The translations under genes were made by a program, and so were the position numbers. From the NCBI GenBank assembly GCA_973895155.1, contig OZ316899.1:11781775-11845774 (forward strand): 64,000 nucleotides of DNA, read 5' to 3'. The notes beneath the pieces were generated by a model. The model made no database searches. It saw only the letters and a program-made list of their open reading frames with translations, and was not told where the DNA came from. Of the stretch, positions 49,156-61,642 are shown piece after piece (the first letter of the stretch is position 1; every line of letters starts with the position of its first letter). This stretch comes from Marsupella aquatica (lineage: Eukaryota; Plantae; Marchantiophyta).

Positions 49156-52100
49156 TGTCAAACACTTGCCAAGGAGCTTAAGCGGCTTTTCTCCCCAAAA
49201 GACTACCTAATACCTGCTCCATGTCATACCAGGGTCACAAAGGATTGACAAAACTTCTGAAGTGTGCTTACAATGTCCAATCACTCCATACATAAGTAGT
49301 TTCAACTCTCCACTTCTAGAGAGGTAGTCCCCTTGACTACTTTTGTACTCACCCCTTCCCCTCTCCTCTACTCCAAGGATCAGCAAGGGGGATCTCCGCT
49401 CCAAGCTGTCACCTTAGAGTAGATTCTCACACAAACACCCAAGAACCCAAAGTACTTTCCTCTTCAAGCTTAAGTCTCCTCAAGACCCTCAAAGTAGTGT
49501 TACCCCTCAACCTTGCCCCCCTGGCCTTGGTTTGGGTCCACACATCCCCTTTGAGCCCTAGAGAAGGCTCCTCTATCTAAGGACTCTTCCTCTTGTTCTT
49601 ACTTCTTGTTAACACCACACACCAAGCAAAGTACTTTCCACCCTCAAGCTATAATCCTCTCTAAGTCTCAAAGTAATGCTATACCTTAACCTTGCCTCCT
49701 TGGCCTTGGTTTTGTACTAGCACATCCCCTTCAAGCTTAGACCAAGATTATACCATAGCATGGACTCTTCTCTTGCTCTCATATACTTCAAATGCACTCA
49801 CACTTAATGGTCACAATGAAGATTGGTAAGTCTCCTTTTATTGCATCACCTTTACAACAAAAGTTCACTACACATTCTCCACACTAAGCATGGACCACCT
49901 CTCCTTTCTCAAGCTTAGCCCTACCTTGGCAAGGTAGAGATTTCACTTAAGAGATGAGACTCCCGGTCCCTAACAAATGAAAACTTCCTCCTTATATACT
50001 ATCTCCTTCCACATCACACCAAGCTTGACCTGGGGTCCAACTATACCTCCCCCAAGTCCTCCTAACACACAAAGTCCAACTCTATAGTTCATAGCCCACC
50101 CTACTACTTGCTATTTTGCCTCCTTCCAAGCCCTGGAATATGCCACACATGAGTGGTATGCTTTGACTTCCAAACCTACTCCCACTTATGGTCCTCCTCA
50201 CCAGCTTACCAACCCACTTGAAAGCTCGCAAAAAGAGTGAGTGAGTCTCAAGTTGTGCCTAGTCAAAGTTGGCCTTATTTTACTTAACCCCTTTACTACC
50301 CTAAGTAAACTACCCCCTATATTTACTTTTCTTAACTTGATGGCCTTACACCTTTGGCCAAAGGTAAGTACCCTTCTCTAGAGCCTAACTCAAGTGGTAT
50401 GGGTGCAAGAAAGGTCAGCCCCTAAATCTGGTATTCATTCCCCTATGCCGACTTTGGTTTGCAAGTTGTCGGGACTCCCTCGTGGCCTCGGTTAAAAATA
50501 TATTTGAGTGATTACTTTTCTGGGGTTCCACCTTCACCAGGGGGTGCCTTATCTTCCCCTAACTCAGCACAAAAAAATTTGGGCCCCAACGGATACCTCT
50601 AGCCAAAGTTATGCCCATTCTCCCAAGGCCTGTTTTTGGTGTAAAGCGGGTGTAAGCGGCGGCCCGATTACACTTACCTTACATGCCCCTTATGGGGATT
50701 CCACGTGTCATGAGGGGAGAGCACTCTCATTATACTCATGTTTCTTATGAAGAAATTGTAAGGACAGCAATGTTTGCAGCCATTTCTCTCTCGTGAATTC
50801 AATCTAAAACCACAGCATTCTCTATTGGATTCTTTCTTGTGCAGCAGTCCAGCTGATCAGCCGCCAGCCCCTCAATTTCACAGCCACCATAGCTCACAGC
50901 CAGCCTAGTCAATTTCGCAGCTAGCCCACCTCTTCAATTTTGCCGCTAGCAACACAGTCAATTTCGCAGCTAGCAGCACAGTCACATCAGCGCATTTACA
51001 GCACAACAACAGCAGATTTGAAGCACAGCAGCAGCAACCATAGCTTGATTCCTTCTCAGTCAAGCAGGTCTCTCTTCTCAATTTCGTAGCTGCCCACCTT
51101 TGCAATTTCGCAGCTAGCAGCAGCATCATTCAATTCAGCAGCATCAAGGCAGCAGCCAGCCAATTCTCATGAGCATCTCGTGCCTGATTAGTAGGAGCAC
51201 CTCTAATCTAGTGTGCAGCTGTCATAGCAGCAAGCAGCCTTCCCAATTCAAAGCCAGCAGCGATCCTAATTTGCAGCCATAGCTCTTTTCCTTCTCAGCA
51301 GCCATAGCTTCTTCAATCAGCAACAGCCCTTGCTTCTTCAATCAGCAGCAGCCATTTCAATTCAGCCGCCCTTCCTTCAATTCAGCCGCCCTTGTGCTCA
51401 ATTGATTCCTCAAGTAATCATGCAGCACCTTTGGACAGCCTCCCGGTGCTTGACGTCCTCACCAGCCTCGTGCTTGCTCCTCCTTGCCTCGTGCTCGCTC
51501 CTCCTTGCCTCGTGCTCGCCGCGTGATCGTCGCCCACGCGGTTTACACTTAGAAAAAAAATACATTTTTTTTTGGAAAAACAGCATTTTGGGGCGATTTT
51601 GGACCCCCCTCCAAAACTCACACATAAGTCCAAAAGGACTTCTGAGTAGCTCCACTGATTCTATGGACATAGGACTATGTCCGGGTTTACTAAGATATAA
51701 ACAAAACCCTATAACAACTTTTCTAAAATTAGGCAAAGAGGGTCAAGTCTTTATGTCTTCCAAAATTCTTCTCAACTTTGAGATGCTCCCAAAAAGTAAC
51801 CAAGTGTGACAAAGTTGTCCCACAAGTTTCTAGGGATAGAGGGGACCATACTTAACCCACTTCCAAACTTGGAACCCCTACATTTACCCATCAGCTATTT
51901 TTCCCGGGACCCGCTATTTGGTAACTTTGATTTTTGCCAAAATACTTATAACTCCTAGGTTAAGACCCCACTTGACTTCATACTTTTTCAGGGTTCCCTA
52001 GGGACCTCCCAGCACCCATGGGAGAAATATCAGCCAAAAATAAGATGTCCGGTGTCGGGTCATTTTTCGGTCCCGACTTAGTCGCCTATTATAACTAAGG

Positions 52101-52317
52101 ACGGACTAGTTTCCTGCCCCTCCTATAGTAACTTGCTTACCCCTAGATAACTTTGCATAACTAAATTCCCTCTTACCTCTACTAAGCTTCCCTTCTTACT
52201 TAAGTGCCCTAAACCTAGCTACTCTGATAGCACTAAAACTTTTTCCCTAACTATTTCCTCTTCTAAACGAAAGAATGTCATGTTTCTCTACACTAGCTGA
52301 CACTGAGCCATCCCACA
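49156..52317 (-). repeat. Gypsy 3' LTR
   Basis: Copy of 58481-61642 at offset 9325. Internal ~179-bp duplication at 49448/49627. Confidence 0.97.
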
Positions 52318-52330
52318 TAGCCCCCTACTT
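52318..52330 (-). promoter_or_regulatory. Polypurine tract
   Basis: The minus strand reads AAGTAGGGGGCTA directly before the 3' LTR. Confidence 0.8.
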
Positions 52331-52357
52331 AAGTGTGCAGCGTCCCCGCAAACACAC

Positions 52358-55300
52358 TTATTCCTGATTAAAGTACCTTTTCAACCTATCATGATGCACT
52401 CTAGTAGGGAACACCTCTCCTTCAAGAGTAGCAAGCTGAATTGACCCATTAGCATAAACCTGGTGAACAACATAAGGACCCAACCACCGAGTATGCAACT
52501 TGCCTGGAAAATGAGCATACCTACTGTCATAGAGTAATACCAGTTGTCCAGCAAGTAAAGAAGTTGGCTTCTTCAACTTCTTGTCATGATGTTGCTTCAC
52601 TTGAGCTTGCTTCTTCTTCACTTGCTTGCTTGCCTCTTCCCGGATTTCCTCCAACTCCTCCAGCTGGTAAGCTCTCTCCATTAAACTCTGGTCAGCCTCC
52701 ATTCTCTCCTCCACACTTACCCTCAAAGTAGGCACTTCAAACTCAACAGGTACAAGGGAGTGTTGTCCAAATACTAGGTAGAAAGGACTATGGCCGGTTG
52801 TGGTCTTGAAAGCAAGGTTGTAGGAGTACACAGCTGAGTATAATTTGTCATCCCAATCAGTCTTGTGTGCCGCCACGGTTTTGTTCAAGATCTTGCCAAT
52901 GATGCCATTAGCTCTCTCCGTTAATCCATTGGCCTTGGGGTGATAGGGGGTGGTCTTCCTATGCTTAATCAAGTAATGGTTAGTGAGCTCCTCCACAACT
53001 TCATTCAAGAAGTGAGTCCCCCTATCACTAACCAGCTCTAGAGGTGGCCCAAATCTGGTAAAAATCTGTTGATACATGAACCTTGCTACTGTGAGAGCAT
53101 TATCCTTGCTGGTTGGTCTTGCCTCTACCCACTTAGTAGCATAATCAGTTGCAAGAAGGATGTATCGATTCCTTCTAGACCTGGTCACAGGAGTGATGGG
53201 ACCTATGAAATCTATACCCCACTTCTCAAAAGGTGCAAGAGGTAAGATGGTGGTAAGAGGGTGATGCCTTGAGTGAGCTGGCTTACCTGTCCTTTGGCAA
53301 GGGTCACATCCCCTCACAAAAAGACTTACATCCTTATGAAGTGTTGGCCACCAATACCCTGCATCAAGAATTTTCCTTGCTGTTGTTGCACTTGCATAAT
53401 GGCCACCAGCCTCCTCCTCATGCATAGCTCTCATCACAATGGAGATTTCCTTCTTCTCCAAACACCTCCTTAGTCTCCCATCAACTCCTTCCTTGTGAAG
53501 GACACCCTTCACCAATAAGTAAGGTCTGATTTTTCTCAGGAAAACAGCAGCCTCCTCTTGGTTCAAATCTCTTGGTAGCCGGGTTGTGAGAAGAAATTGG
53601 ATGATATCCAAATACCATGTATCTCCTCCACTTCCCACATGAAAGAGGTCTTCATCTGGAAACTGATCATCCACCTCCTTCAAGTCCTCTTCTCCTTCAA
53701 TCCTTGAGAAGAAGTCTGCATTCCCATGCTTCTTACCAGGCCTGACCCTCACCTCATAATCAAACTCTTGGAGCAACAAGATCCACCTTGCCACTCTACC
53801 AGTTACATCAGGTTTATTCACCATATACTTGAGAGCATTGTGATCAGTATGAAAGACCACCTTATAGCCCAACAAGTAGTGCCTAAACTTCTTACAAAAG
53901 TAGATGATTCCTAGAGCTTCTCTATCGGTTGGTGAGTAATTCTTTTCAGCTGGTGCCAATAGTCTACTTGCAAAGTAGATAGGGTGATCCCTATTCTGGT
54001 CATCAAGTTGACTAAGCACCACACCAATACAAAAGCCAGACACATCCACATACACATGAAATTCTCTACTCCAATCTGGTGCTATCAAGATAGGGGCTTC
54101 AACCAACCTGTTCTTCAACTCCTGAAAACTTGCTAGCCTCTCAACTGAGGGTTCAACCTCAGCCCCCTTCTTAAGCATGCTGGTTAGGGGTAAAGCTACT
54201 TTAGCAAAGTCCTTAATGAACCTTCTATAGTAGTTTAAACATCCCAAGAATCCCCTCAACTCTGTCACTGAAGTTGGAAACTTGACAGCCATCCAAACAG
54301 CAACCTTCTCTTGGTCCACTTCTATGCCCTTCTTGGATACCTTGTGGCCAAGTAGTATCCCTTCTTCCACACCAAAGAAGCACTTCCCTGGGTGAAGCTT
54401 CAAACCAACTTCCCTACATCTTTGGAAGGTCATCCTCAAATGTTCAACATGGTCCTTCCCCCTTCCAAAAACAGCAAAGTCATCTATGAATACTTCCAAG
54501 AACTTTCTCAAGTAGTCATGAAAGATATTCATCATCAACCTTTGGAACATACCAGGGGCATTACAAAGACCAAAAGGCATCCTCCGAAAGGCATAAATCC
54601 CCCACTCAGTAGTAAAGGCTGTCTTCAACTGGTCCTCCTTCCTTATCCAAATCTGGTTGTAACCTGAGTACCCATCTAGGAAGCTATACACTTCCCAACC
54701 AGCTACTAAATCAAGTACCATATCAGTAAATGGAATGGGATAGTGGTCCTTCTTAGTGGCCTCATTGAGTTTCCTAAAGTCTTGGCAAACTCGGATCTTA
54801 GGCTTACCATCCAAGCCTGGTTTCTTTGGTACTATGACAATTGGAGAAACCCACTCACTATTCAACACAGGATAGATGAAACCTGCTTCCAGCAATTTGT
54901 CTATCTCTTCCTTCACCATCAAGGAGTACTTGGGATTCATCCGATATTGCCTTTGTCTCACAGGTGAAGCTCCTAGCATCAAGTCGATTCTATGCTCACC
55001 AAGTTCAGGGTTTACACCAGTAAGATCCAAGTGACTCCAAGCAAACACATCCACATATTCACCTAGCAAATCTTGGATAGTTTTCTCTTCACCTGATCCC
55101 AGGGCATTTCCCAAGTTGAAGGTCTTGTCTTGCTGGACAGAGATGGTTCTGTACTGCTCAGCTCGAATCACCTCCATCTTGTTCCTCATTGTGGAGTCAA
55201 AAGTGCCCTCAAGTTGTGCCAACCTCATGCCTCCATAGACGGGTGCATTTTCAGCACTTAACTCCTCCTTCTCCTTGCTTGAATGCTGGTCTTCCTGAGT

Positions 55301-58300
55301 CTCATCCTCCTCTGAGTTTGCAGCCTTCAATTGGTCCTCTAGCTCCTTTATCTTGAGCTTTAACAAGGCTAAGTGCTTAGCCTTTAAACTCTGGTCATTA
55401 CTCCTTGTCTTGATCTCAACTTGGGCAGCACCCTTGCTGGTCTGATCAACCTCCTGAGCCATTGTGATAGTGTCTTCTTGGTTGCTCTCCTTGGCTGAGG
55501 TCTCAGCCTGCTTCACCTCCTCGAGACTGGTCACTTCACTGAGACTGGGCAGAGGTGAATGGCTGGTAAGAGCCTCCTGCTCTTGCTCCTCTCCAAACAC
55601 TTCTTCTTCAGTCCATTGGCTCACCATGTTCAACATGTATACCTCATCCTCATCAGATTCAGATTTGGTACTCAACTCATCGGAAAGTTCAGAATCATAT
55701 TCATCCAACTCATCAGTAGTCTCTCCTTGATGCTTGTCATGACCCCATGAAACTGAAGTGGCTGGTTTGCCAAACCTAAACTCCTTCTTGCCCCAATCAG
55801 ACACTACTTTGGCTCCATATAGCCAAGGCCTCCCAATCAAGATTGGGTAAGTAGATGGCCTTGCTGGTCTCATCACCAAGTAATTCAACAAGAACTCCTG
55901 CCCCCCAATGAGAGTAGGTACTTGAGTAAGAGTCCCCACCGGTAGCACTCTTGCTCCATTTGCTAGCCTCATTGTCCTTGTTGTTGGCTGAAGTTTCTTG
56001 AAACCTAGTTGTTGGGCAGTAGCCTCAATCATGATATTCACACCTGAGCCTCCATCAACTGGTACATACGAGAGTACACACCCATTTACTTGAACATCAA
56101 TCTCAGGTGCTCCAAGGTCTTCACAAACCATCATCACATCAGCTGGGGTACCAACCTTTGGAAGCTTCCTTCTTCTCCTTCCTACCAACATCTCCTTCAG
56201 TTGCCTCCTATACAAAGGGTTGTCTTTGATCAGCTGCCCCACTGTAGCAGTAACCAAACAATCTTTCACATCCTTCTTGATGTCATAAGAGGGTACCTTG
56301 CTGGTCTCTTTCTTCTCTTCCACCTCAGCTTTTTCCTTCAAAGCTTTAGCAACCTTCAGGTCTTTGTTGATGGCCTCTTGATGCTCCTTAGCCTCCATCT
56401 CCTCTAGTTGCCTCTTGACTTCCTCATTCACCTTGGGATAGAAGAGCTTCGGATGGTCTCTCTTGTAGTCACTATCTTCAGCTGGTGGGACTTGAACTTC
56501 TGCTCCAACTTCAACTTCGATTGGTGACTCCGTTGAGTGCTCCTTTCTCTCCTTCCTCTTCTTCCTCTCTTCCACTCTTTCCTTCTTTCTTGTGGACCTG
56601 GTAGACACCTTGTAACACACAGCTTCCTCCTCAGGTGTCTCCATTCCTGGTAGATCTGGCTGGTTCTCCCCACCAGCAACTTGTGTCACTCCATCTTTGG
56701 CCTCCTCTTGCCACTCCATACTCAAGAAGTTCACTGTGGCTTCACCGGGAGCCTTGGCAACCGCTGGTGGTGGTGCTTCTATCCTTCCTATCATCATCTT
56801 GGCAGCAGATCCAATAGGACAGTTGGCTGTGGTATGACCCTCCCTTTTGCACACAGCACAAAGAGGATAGGGAGCTCCTTGTCCCTGCCTCCTTGGTTCG
56901 GGGCAACTGTTGGAATAGTGCCCTGGTTTTTGACAGTTCCAGCAGATCACCACGGTAGTTCTTGCCACTCCCCCAGGTCCTTGAGGTCCCATTTGATCCA
57001 CCATCCTTGGTTGAAGACCAGGCATCAGTTGAGGTGCCATGGGTGGAGCTGGTCTTCCTTGCAAAGTTCTTGGGCCTCCTGAAATCTGGTACACCATCTC
57101 CGGGGCTTCTTCATAGAAGTAGTCCACCACTTCACTTGCTTGATAAACATCGTTGGACTCTTCATTGACATACTGAACTTGATTCCTCCAACCTTGACAC
57201 TCTTGAGGTGTATGGCCAAAACTCTTGCACTTGACACACCATACATGGGCTCTATTCACCGGCACTTTTCTCCTATCAGGTTGCACACCAGCAAAGTGAA
57301 CTGATAGGGCCTTGAGTTGGTTGGTGATCTCACTCATCTTGTTATCCATCACCTTCTTCTCCTTGGTTGCTGGTGTAGAACCTTCCACCAAGTTGAAGGT
57401 TGCAGATTTGTGGTGCTTACCACCTGGCTTCTTCTTGCTGGCTCTCCTCTTCTGGTCGCTTTTTCTCTTTGCCTTCTTCTTCTTCTTCTTCTTCTTCTTC
57501 TCGGAGTCCTCCTCAGAATCAGATTCTGAATCAGAACTGGAACTACTCTCCTCAGATTCCGACTCAGAAGTATCCTCAACTGAACTACTTGATTCACTTG
57601 AGCTAGAAGAAGAATCACTATAAGCAAATCGCTTCTTCTTTCTCCTACTCTTGGAACTAGAGATCTCAGCACTCCTATAAGACTGAGCCGCCTCAATGGC
57701 CTCATCCAACGTATTAGGGTGAGATTGCCTTACTGAGACACCCATCTTCTTGGGTAGGCTTGCCACAAACCAAGCCAACAACATGGAGTCTACTGGTCTG
57801 GGGTCAAGCTTGGTAGCTAACCTTTGAAACCTTTGCAGAAACCTCCTTACTGACTCCTTGGATCCCATTCTGATCTCTCCCATCTTGATCAGAGCTTCCG
57901 ATTCTTCTCCCACCTTCCTAAACTCCTGCAAGAATGCTAGCTTGAAGGCATCCCAATCATTCTTGATGGCATTTGATAGGCTATTGAACCAAGGTCTTGC
58001 TTCTCCTCTCAAGACCCCCGCCAAAGTGGTCAACTTAATATCAAACTCTCCATTGGCTTGGGCTGTCCCAATGAAGTCCTCCAACCAAGCATCAGGATCC
58101 TCCTTGGGCTTGCCATGGAATGTCTTGTACTGAAATCTTGCTCTTTGAGTCACCACCATGGCTGCTTCTTGATCTTCACTTGTGTTGGTAGTGGAAGAAG
58201 ATGTATCACTCCACCCTACACCAGGTTCCGCTTCAGCTTGCAAATGAATGTCCACCCAATCTGGTTGCTCCAACTGGTCACCAAAGTTGAAACTAAGAGA

Positions 58301-58336
58301 GGCTTCTTTTAGTGCTTGACTCCTTGTAGTGGGCAT
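52358..58336 (-). CDS. Gypsy gag-pol polyprotein, single intact ORF
   Basis: Gag with three CCHC knuckles, protease VDGGSGVN, RT MPFGLCNAP..FIDDF, RNase H YVDVSG..TDHNAL, integrase HHCC + WGIDFIGP..SDRGTHF; no chromodomain. First ATG gives MPTTRS. Confidence 0.96.
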   Translation of the reverse strand: MPTTRSQALKEASLSFNFGDQLEQPDWVDIHLQAEAEPGVGWSDTSSSTTNTSEDQEAAMVVTQRARFQYKTFHGKPKEDPDAWLEDFIGTAQANGEFDIKLTTLAGVLRGEARPWFNSLSNAIKNDWDAFKLAFLQEFRKVGEESEALIKMGEIRMGSKESVRRFLQRFQRLATKLDPRPVDSMLLAWFVASLPKKMGVSVRQSHPNTLDEAIEAAQSYRSAEISSSKSRRKKKRFAYSDSSSSSSESSSSVEDTSESESEESSSSSDSESDSEEDSEKKKKKKKKKAKRKSDQKRRASKKKPGGKHHKSATFNLVEGSTPATKEKKVMDNKMSEITNQLKALSVHFAGVQPDRRKVPVNRAHVWCVKCKSFGHTPQECQGWRNQVQYVNEESNDVYQASEVVDYFYEEAPEMVYQISGGPRTLQGRPAPPMAPQLMPGLQPRMVDQMGPQGPGGVARTTVVICWNCQKPGHYSNSCPEPRRQGQGAPYPLCAVCKREGHTTANCPIGSAAKMMIGRIEAPPPAVAKAPGEATVNFLSMEWQEEAKDGVTQVAGGENQPDLPGMETPEEEAVCYKVSTRSTRKKERVEERKKRKERKEHSTESPIEVEVGAEVQVPPAEDSDYKRDHPKLFYPKVNEEVKRQLEEMEAKEHQEAINKDLKVAKALKEKAEVEEKKETSKVPSYDIKKDVKDCLVTATVGQLIKDNPLYRRQLKEMLVGRRRRKLPKVGTPADVMMVCEDLGAPEIDVQVNGCVLSYVPVDGGSGVNIMIEATAQQLGFKKLQPTTRTMRLANGARVLPVGTLTQVPTLIGGQEFLLNYLVMRPARPSTYPILIGRPWLYGAKVVSDWGKKEFRFGKPATSVSWGHDKHQGETTDELDEYDSELSDELSTKSESDEDEVYMLNMVSQWTEEEVFGEEQEQEALTSHSPLPSLSEVTSLEEVKQAETSAKESNQEDTITMAQEVDQTSKGAAQVEIKTRSNDQSLKAKHLALLKLKIKELEDQLKAANSEEDETQEDQHSSKEKEELSAENAPVYGGMRLAQLEGTFDSTMRNKMEVIRAEQYRTISVQQDKTFNLGNALGSGEEKTIQDLLGEYVDVFAWSHLDLTGVNPELGEHRIDLMLGASPVRQRQYRMNPKYSLMVKEEIDKLLEAGFIYPVLNSEWVSPIVIVPKKPGLDGKPKIRVCQDFRKLNEATKKDHYPIPFTDMVLDLVAGWEVYSFLDGYSGYNQIWIRKEDQLKTAFTTEWGIYAFRRMPFGLCNAPGMFQRLMMNIFHDYLRKFLEVFIDDFAVFGRGKDHVEHLRMTFQRCREVGLKLHPGKCFFGVEEGILLGHKVSKKGIEVDQEKVAVWMAVKFPTSVTELRGFLGCLNYYRRFIKDFAKVALPLTSMLKKGAEVEPSVERLASFQELKNRLVEAPILIAPDWSREFHVYVDVSGFCIGVVLSQLDDQNRDHPIYFASRLLAPAEKNYSPTDREALGIIYFCKKFRHYLLGYKVVFHTDHNALKYMVNKPDVTGRVARWILLLQEFDYEVRVRPGKKHGNADFFSRIEGEEDLKEVDDQFPDEDLFHVGSGGDTWYLDIIQFLLTTRLPRDLNQEEAAVFLRKIRPYLLVKGVLHKEGVDGRLRRCLEKKEISIVMRAMHEEEAGGHYASATTARKILDAGYWWPTLHKDVSLFVRGCDPCQRTGKPAHSRHHPLTTILPLAPFEKWGIDFIGPITPVTRSRRNRYILLATDYATKWVEARPTSKDNALTVARFMYQQIFTRFGPPLELVSDRGTHFLNEVVEELTNHYLIKHRKTTPYHPKANGLTERANGIIGKILNKTVAAHKTDWDDKLYSAVYSYNLAFKTTTGHSPFYLVFGQHSLVPVEFEVPTLRVSVEERMEADQSLMERAYQLEELEEIREEASKQVKKKQAQVKQHHDKKLKKPTSLLAGQLVLLYDSRYAHFPGKLHTRWLGPYVVHQVYANGSIQLATLEGEVFPTRVHHDRLKRYFNQE

Positions 58337-58442
58337 GCCACTCACAATCACCTTCTTATCTCCCTTCTTCTCTTGAACAGCAAACCTGCAAACACACCTC
58401 CAAGTCTTGTGGCTCCACTCCAACAAAAACTGTAAAGAGTTG

Positions 58443-58460
58443 TCCCCGGCAGCGGCGCCA
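58443..58460 (-). promoter_or_regulatory. Primer-binding site, tRNA-Asp type
   Basis: TGGCGCCGCTGCCGGGGA, an Athila-like PBS, 20 nt from the 5' LTR. Confidence 0.85.
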
Positions 58461-58480
58461 AAAACAAGGGTGGGACTCTA

Positions 58481-61400
58481 TGTCAAACACTTGCCAAGGA
58501 GCTTAAGCGGCTTTTCTCCCCAAAAGACTACCTAATACCTGCTCCATGTCATACCAGGGTCACAAAGGATTGACAAAACTTCTGAAGTGTGCTTACAATG
58601 TCCAATCACTCCATACATAAGTAGTTTCAACTCTCCACTTCTAGAGAGGTAGTCCCCTTGACTACTTTTGTACTCACCCCTTCCCCTCTCCTCTACTCCA
58701 AGGATCAGCAAGGGGGATCTCCGCTCCAAGCTGTCACCTTAGAGTAGATTCTCACACAAACACCCAAGAACCCAAAGTACTTTCCTCTTCAAGCTTAAGT
58801 CTCCTCAAGACCCTCAAAGTAGTGTTACCCCTCAACCTTGCCCCCCTGGCCTTGGTTTGGGTCCACACATCCCCTTTGAGCCCTAGAGAAGGCTCCTCTA
58901 TCTAAGGACTCTTCCTCTTGTTCTTACTTCTTGTTAACACCACACACCAAGCAAAGTACTTTCCACCCTCAAGCTATAATCCTCTCTAAGTCTCAAAGTA
59001 ATGCTATACCTTAACCTTGCCTCCTTGGCCTTGGTTTTGTACTAGCACATCCCCTTCAAGCTTAGACCAAGATTATACCATAGCATGGACTCTTCTCTTG
59101 CTCTCATATACTTCAAATGCACTCACACTTAATGGTCACAATGAAGATTGGTAAGTCTCCTTTTATTGCATCACCTTTACAACAAAAGTTCACTACACAT
59201 TCTCCACACTAAGCATGGACCACCTCTCCTTTCTCAAGCTTAGCCCTACCTTGGCAAGGTAGAGATTTCACTTAAGAGATGAGACTCCCGGTCCCTAACA
59301 AATGAAAACTTCCTCCTTATATACTATCTCCTTCCACATCACACCAAGCTTGACCTGGGGTCCAACTATACCTCCCCCAAGTCCTCCTAACACACAAAGT
59401 CCAACTCTATAGTTCATAGCCCACCCTACTACTTGCTATTTTGCCTCCTTCCAAGCCCTGGAATATGCCACACATGAGTGGTATGCTTTGACTTCCAAAC
59501 CTACTCCCACTTATGGTCCTCCTCACCAGCTTACCAACCCACTTGAAAGCTCGCAAAAAGAGTGAGTGAGTCTCAAGTTGTGCCTAGTCAAAGTTGGCCT
59601 TATTTTACTTAACCCCTTTACTACCCTAAGTAAACTACCCCCTATATTTACTTTTCTTAACTTGATGGCCTTACACCTTTGGCCAAAGGTAAGTACCCTT
59701 CTCTAGAGCCTAACTCAAGTGGTATGGGTGCAAGAAAGGTCAGCCCCTAAATCTGGTATTCATTCCCCTATGCCGACTTTGGTTTGCAAGTTGTCGGGAC
59801 TCCCTCGTGGCCTCGGTTAAAAATATATTTGAGTGATTACTTTTCTGGGGTTCCACCTTCACCAGGGGGTGCCTTATCTTCCCCTAACTCAGCACAAAAA
59901 AATTTGGGCCCCAACGGATACCTCTAGCCAAAGTTATGCCCATTCTCCCAAGGCCTGTTTTTGGTGTAAAGCGGGTGTAAGCGGCGGCCCGATTACACTT
60001 ACCTTACATGCCCCTTATGGGGATTCCACGTGTCATGAGGGGAGAGCACTCTCATTATACTCATGTTTCTTATGAAGAAATTGTAAGGACAGCAATGTTT
60101 GCAGCCATTTCTCTCTCGTGAATTCAATCTAAAACCACAGCATTCTCTATTGGATTCTTTCTTGTGCAGCAGTCCAGCTGATCAGCCGCCAGCCCCTCAA
60201 TTTCACAGCCACCATAGCTCACAGCCAGCCTAGTCAATTTCGCAGCTAGCCCACCTCTTCAATTTTGCCGCTAGCAACACAGTCAATTTCGCAGCTAGCA
60301 GCACAGTCACATCAGCGCATTTACAGCACAACAACAGCAGATTTGAAGCACAGCAGCAGCAACCATAGCTTGATTCCTTCTCAGTCAAGCAGGTCTCTCT
60401 TCTCAATTTCGTAGCTGCCCACCTTTGCAATTTCGCAGCTAGCAGCAGCATCATTCAATTCAGCAGCATCAAGGCAGCAGCCAGCCAATTCTCATGAGCA
60501 TCTCGTGCCTGATTAGTAGGAGCACCTCTAATCTAGTGTGCAGCTGTCATAGCAGCAAGCAGCCTTCCCAATTCAAAGCCAGCAACGATCCTAATTTGCA
60601 GCCATAGCTCTTTTCCTTCTCAGCAGCCATAGCTTCTTCAATCAGCAACAGCCCTTGCTTCTTCAATCAGCAGCAGCCATTTCAATTCAGCCGCCCTTCC
60701 TTCAATTCAGCCGCCCTTGTGCTCAATTGATTCCTCAAGTAATCATGCAGCACCTTTGGACAGCCTCCCGGTGCTTGACGTCCTCACCAGCCTCGTGCTT
60801 GCTCCTCCTTGCCTCGTGCTCGCTCCTCCTTGCCTCGTGCTCGCCGCGTGATCGTCGCCCACGCGGTTTACACTTAGAAAAAAAATACATTTTTTTTTGG
60901 AAAAACAGCATTTTGGGGCGATTTTGGACCCCCCTCCAAAACTCACACATAAGTCCAAAAGGACTTCTGAGTAGCTCCACTGATTCTATGGACATAGGAC
61001 TATGTCCGGGTTTACTAAGATATAAACAAAACCCTATAACAACTTTTCTAAAATTAGGCAAAGAGGGTCAAGTCTTTATGTCTTCCAAAATTCTTCTCAA
61101 CTTTGAGATGCTCCCAAAAAGTAACCAAGTGTGACAAAGTTGTCCCACAAGTTTCTAGGGATAGAGGGGACCATACTTAACCCACTTCCAAACTTGGAAC
61201 CCCTACATTTACCCATCAGCTATTTTTCCCGGGACCCGCTATTTGGTAACTTTGATTTTTGCCAAAATACTTATAACTCCTAGGTTAAGACCCCACTTGA
61301 CTTCATACTTTTTCAGGGTTCCCTAGGGACCTCCCAGCACCCATGGGAGAAATATCAGCCAAAAATAAGATGTCCGGTGTCGGGTCATTTTTCGGTCCCG

Positions 61401-61642
61401 ACTTAGTCGCCTATTATAACTAAGGACGGACTAGTTTCCTGCCCCTCCTATAGTAACTTGCTTACCCCTAGATAACTTTGCATAACTAAATTCCCTCTTA
61501 CCTCTACTAAGCTTCCCTTCTTACTTAAGTGCCCTAAACCTAGCTACTCTGATAGCACTAAAACTTTTTCCCTAACTATTTCCTCTTCTAAACGAAAGAA
61601 TGTCATGTTTCTCTACACTAGCTGACACTGAGCCATCCCACA
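58481..61642 (-). repeat. Gypsy 5' LTR
   Basis: 3162 bp; only one difference from the other LTR was noticed by eye (60585 a vs 51260 g). Confidence 0.97.

Larger units (their letters stand above)
49156..61642 (-). mobile_element. Full-length Ty3/Gypsy retrotransposon, non-chromovirus (Athila/Phygy-like), TSD CCCTC
   Basis: Two 3162-bp TG..CA LTRs; ccctc at 49151-49155 and 61643-61647; PBS, PPT and intact gag-pol. Confidence 0.97.

Noticed and set aside
50508-51809. Short ORFs duplicated in both Gypsy LTRs
   Set aside because: Low-complexity, repeat-derived and without recognisable domains; the duplication merely reflects LTR identity.
55464-58312. Antisense ORFs over gag-pol (and similar ones over other TE genes)
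   Set aside because: Shadow ORFs of long coding regions; no motifs.
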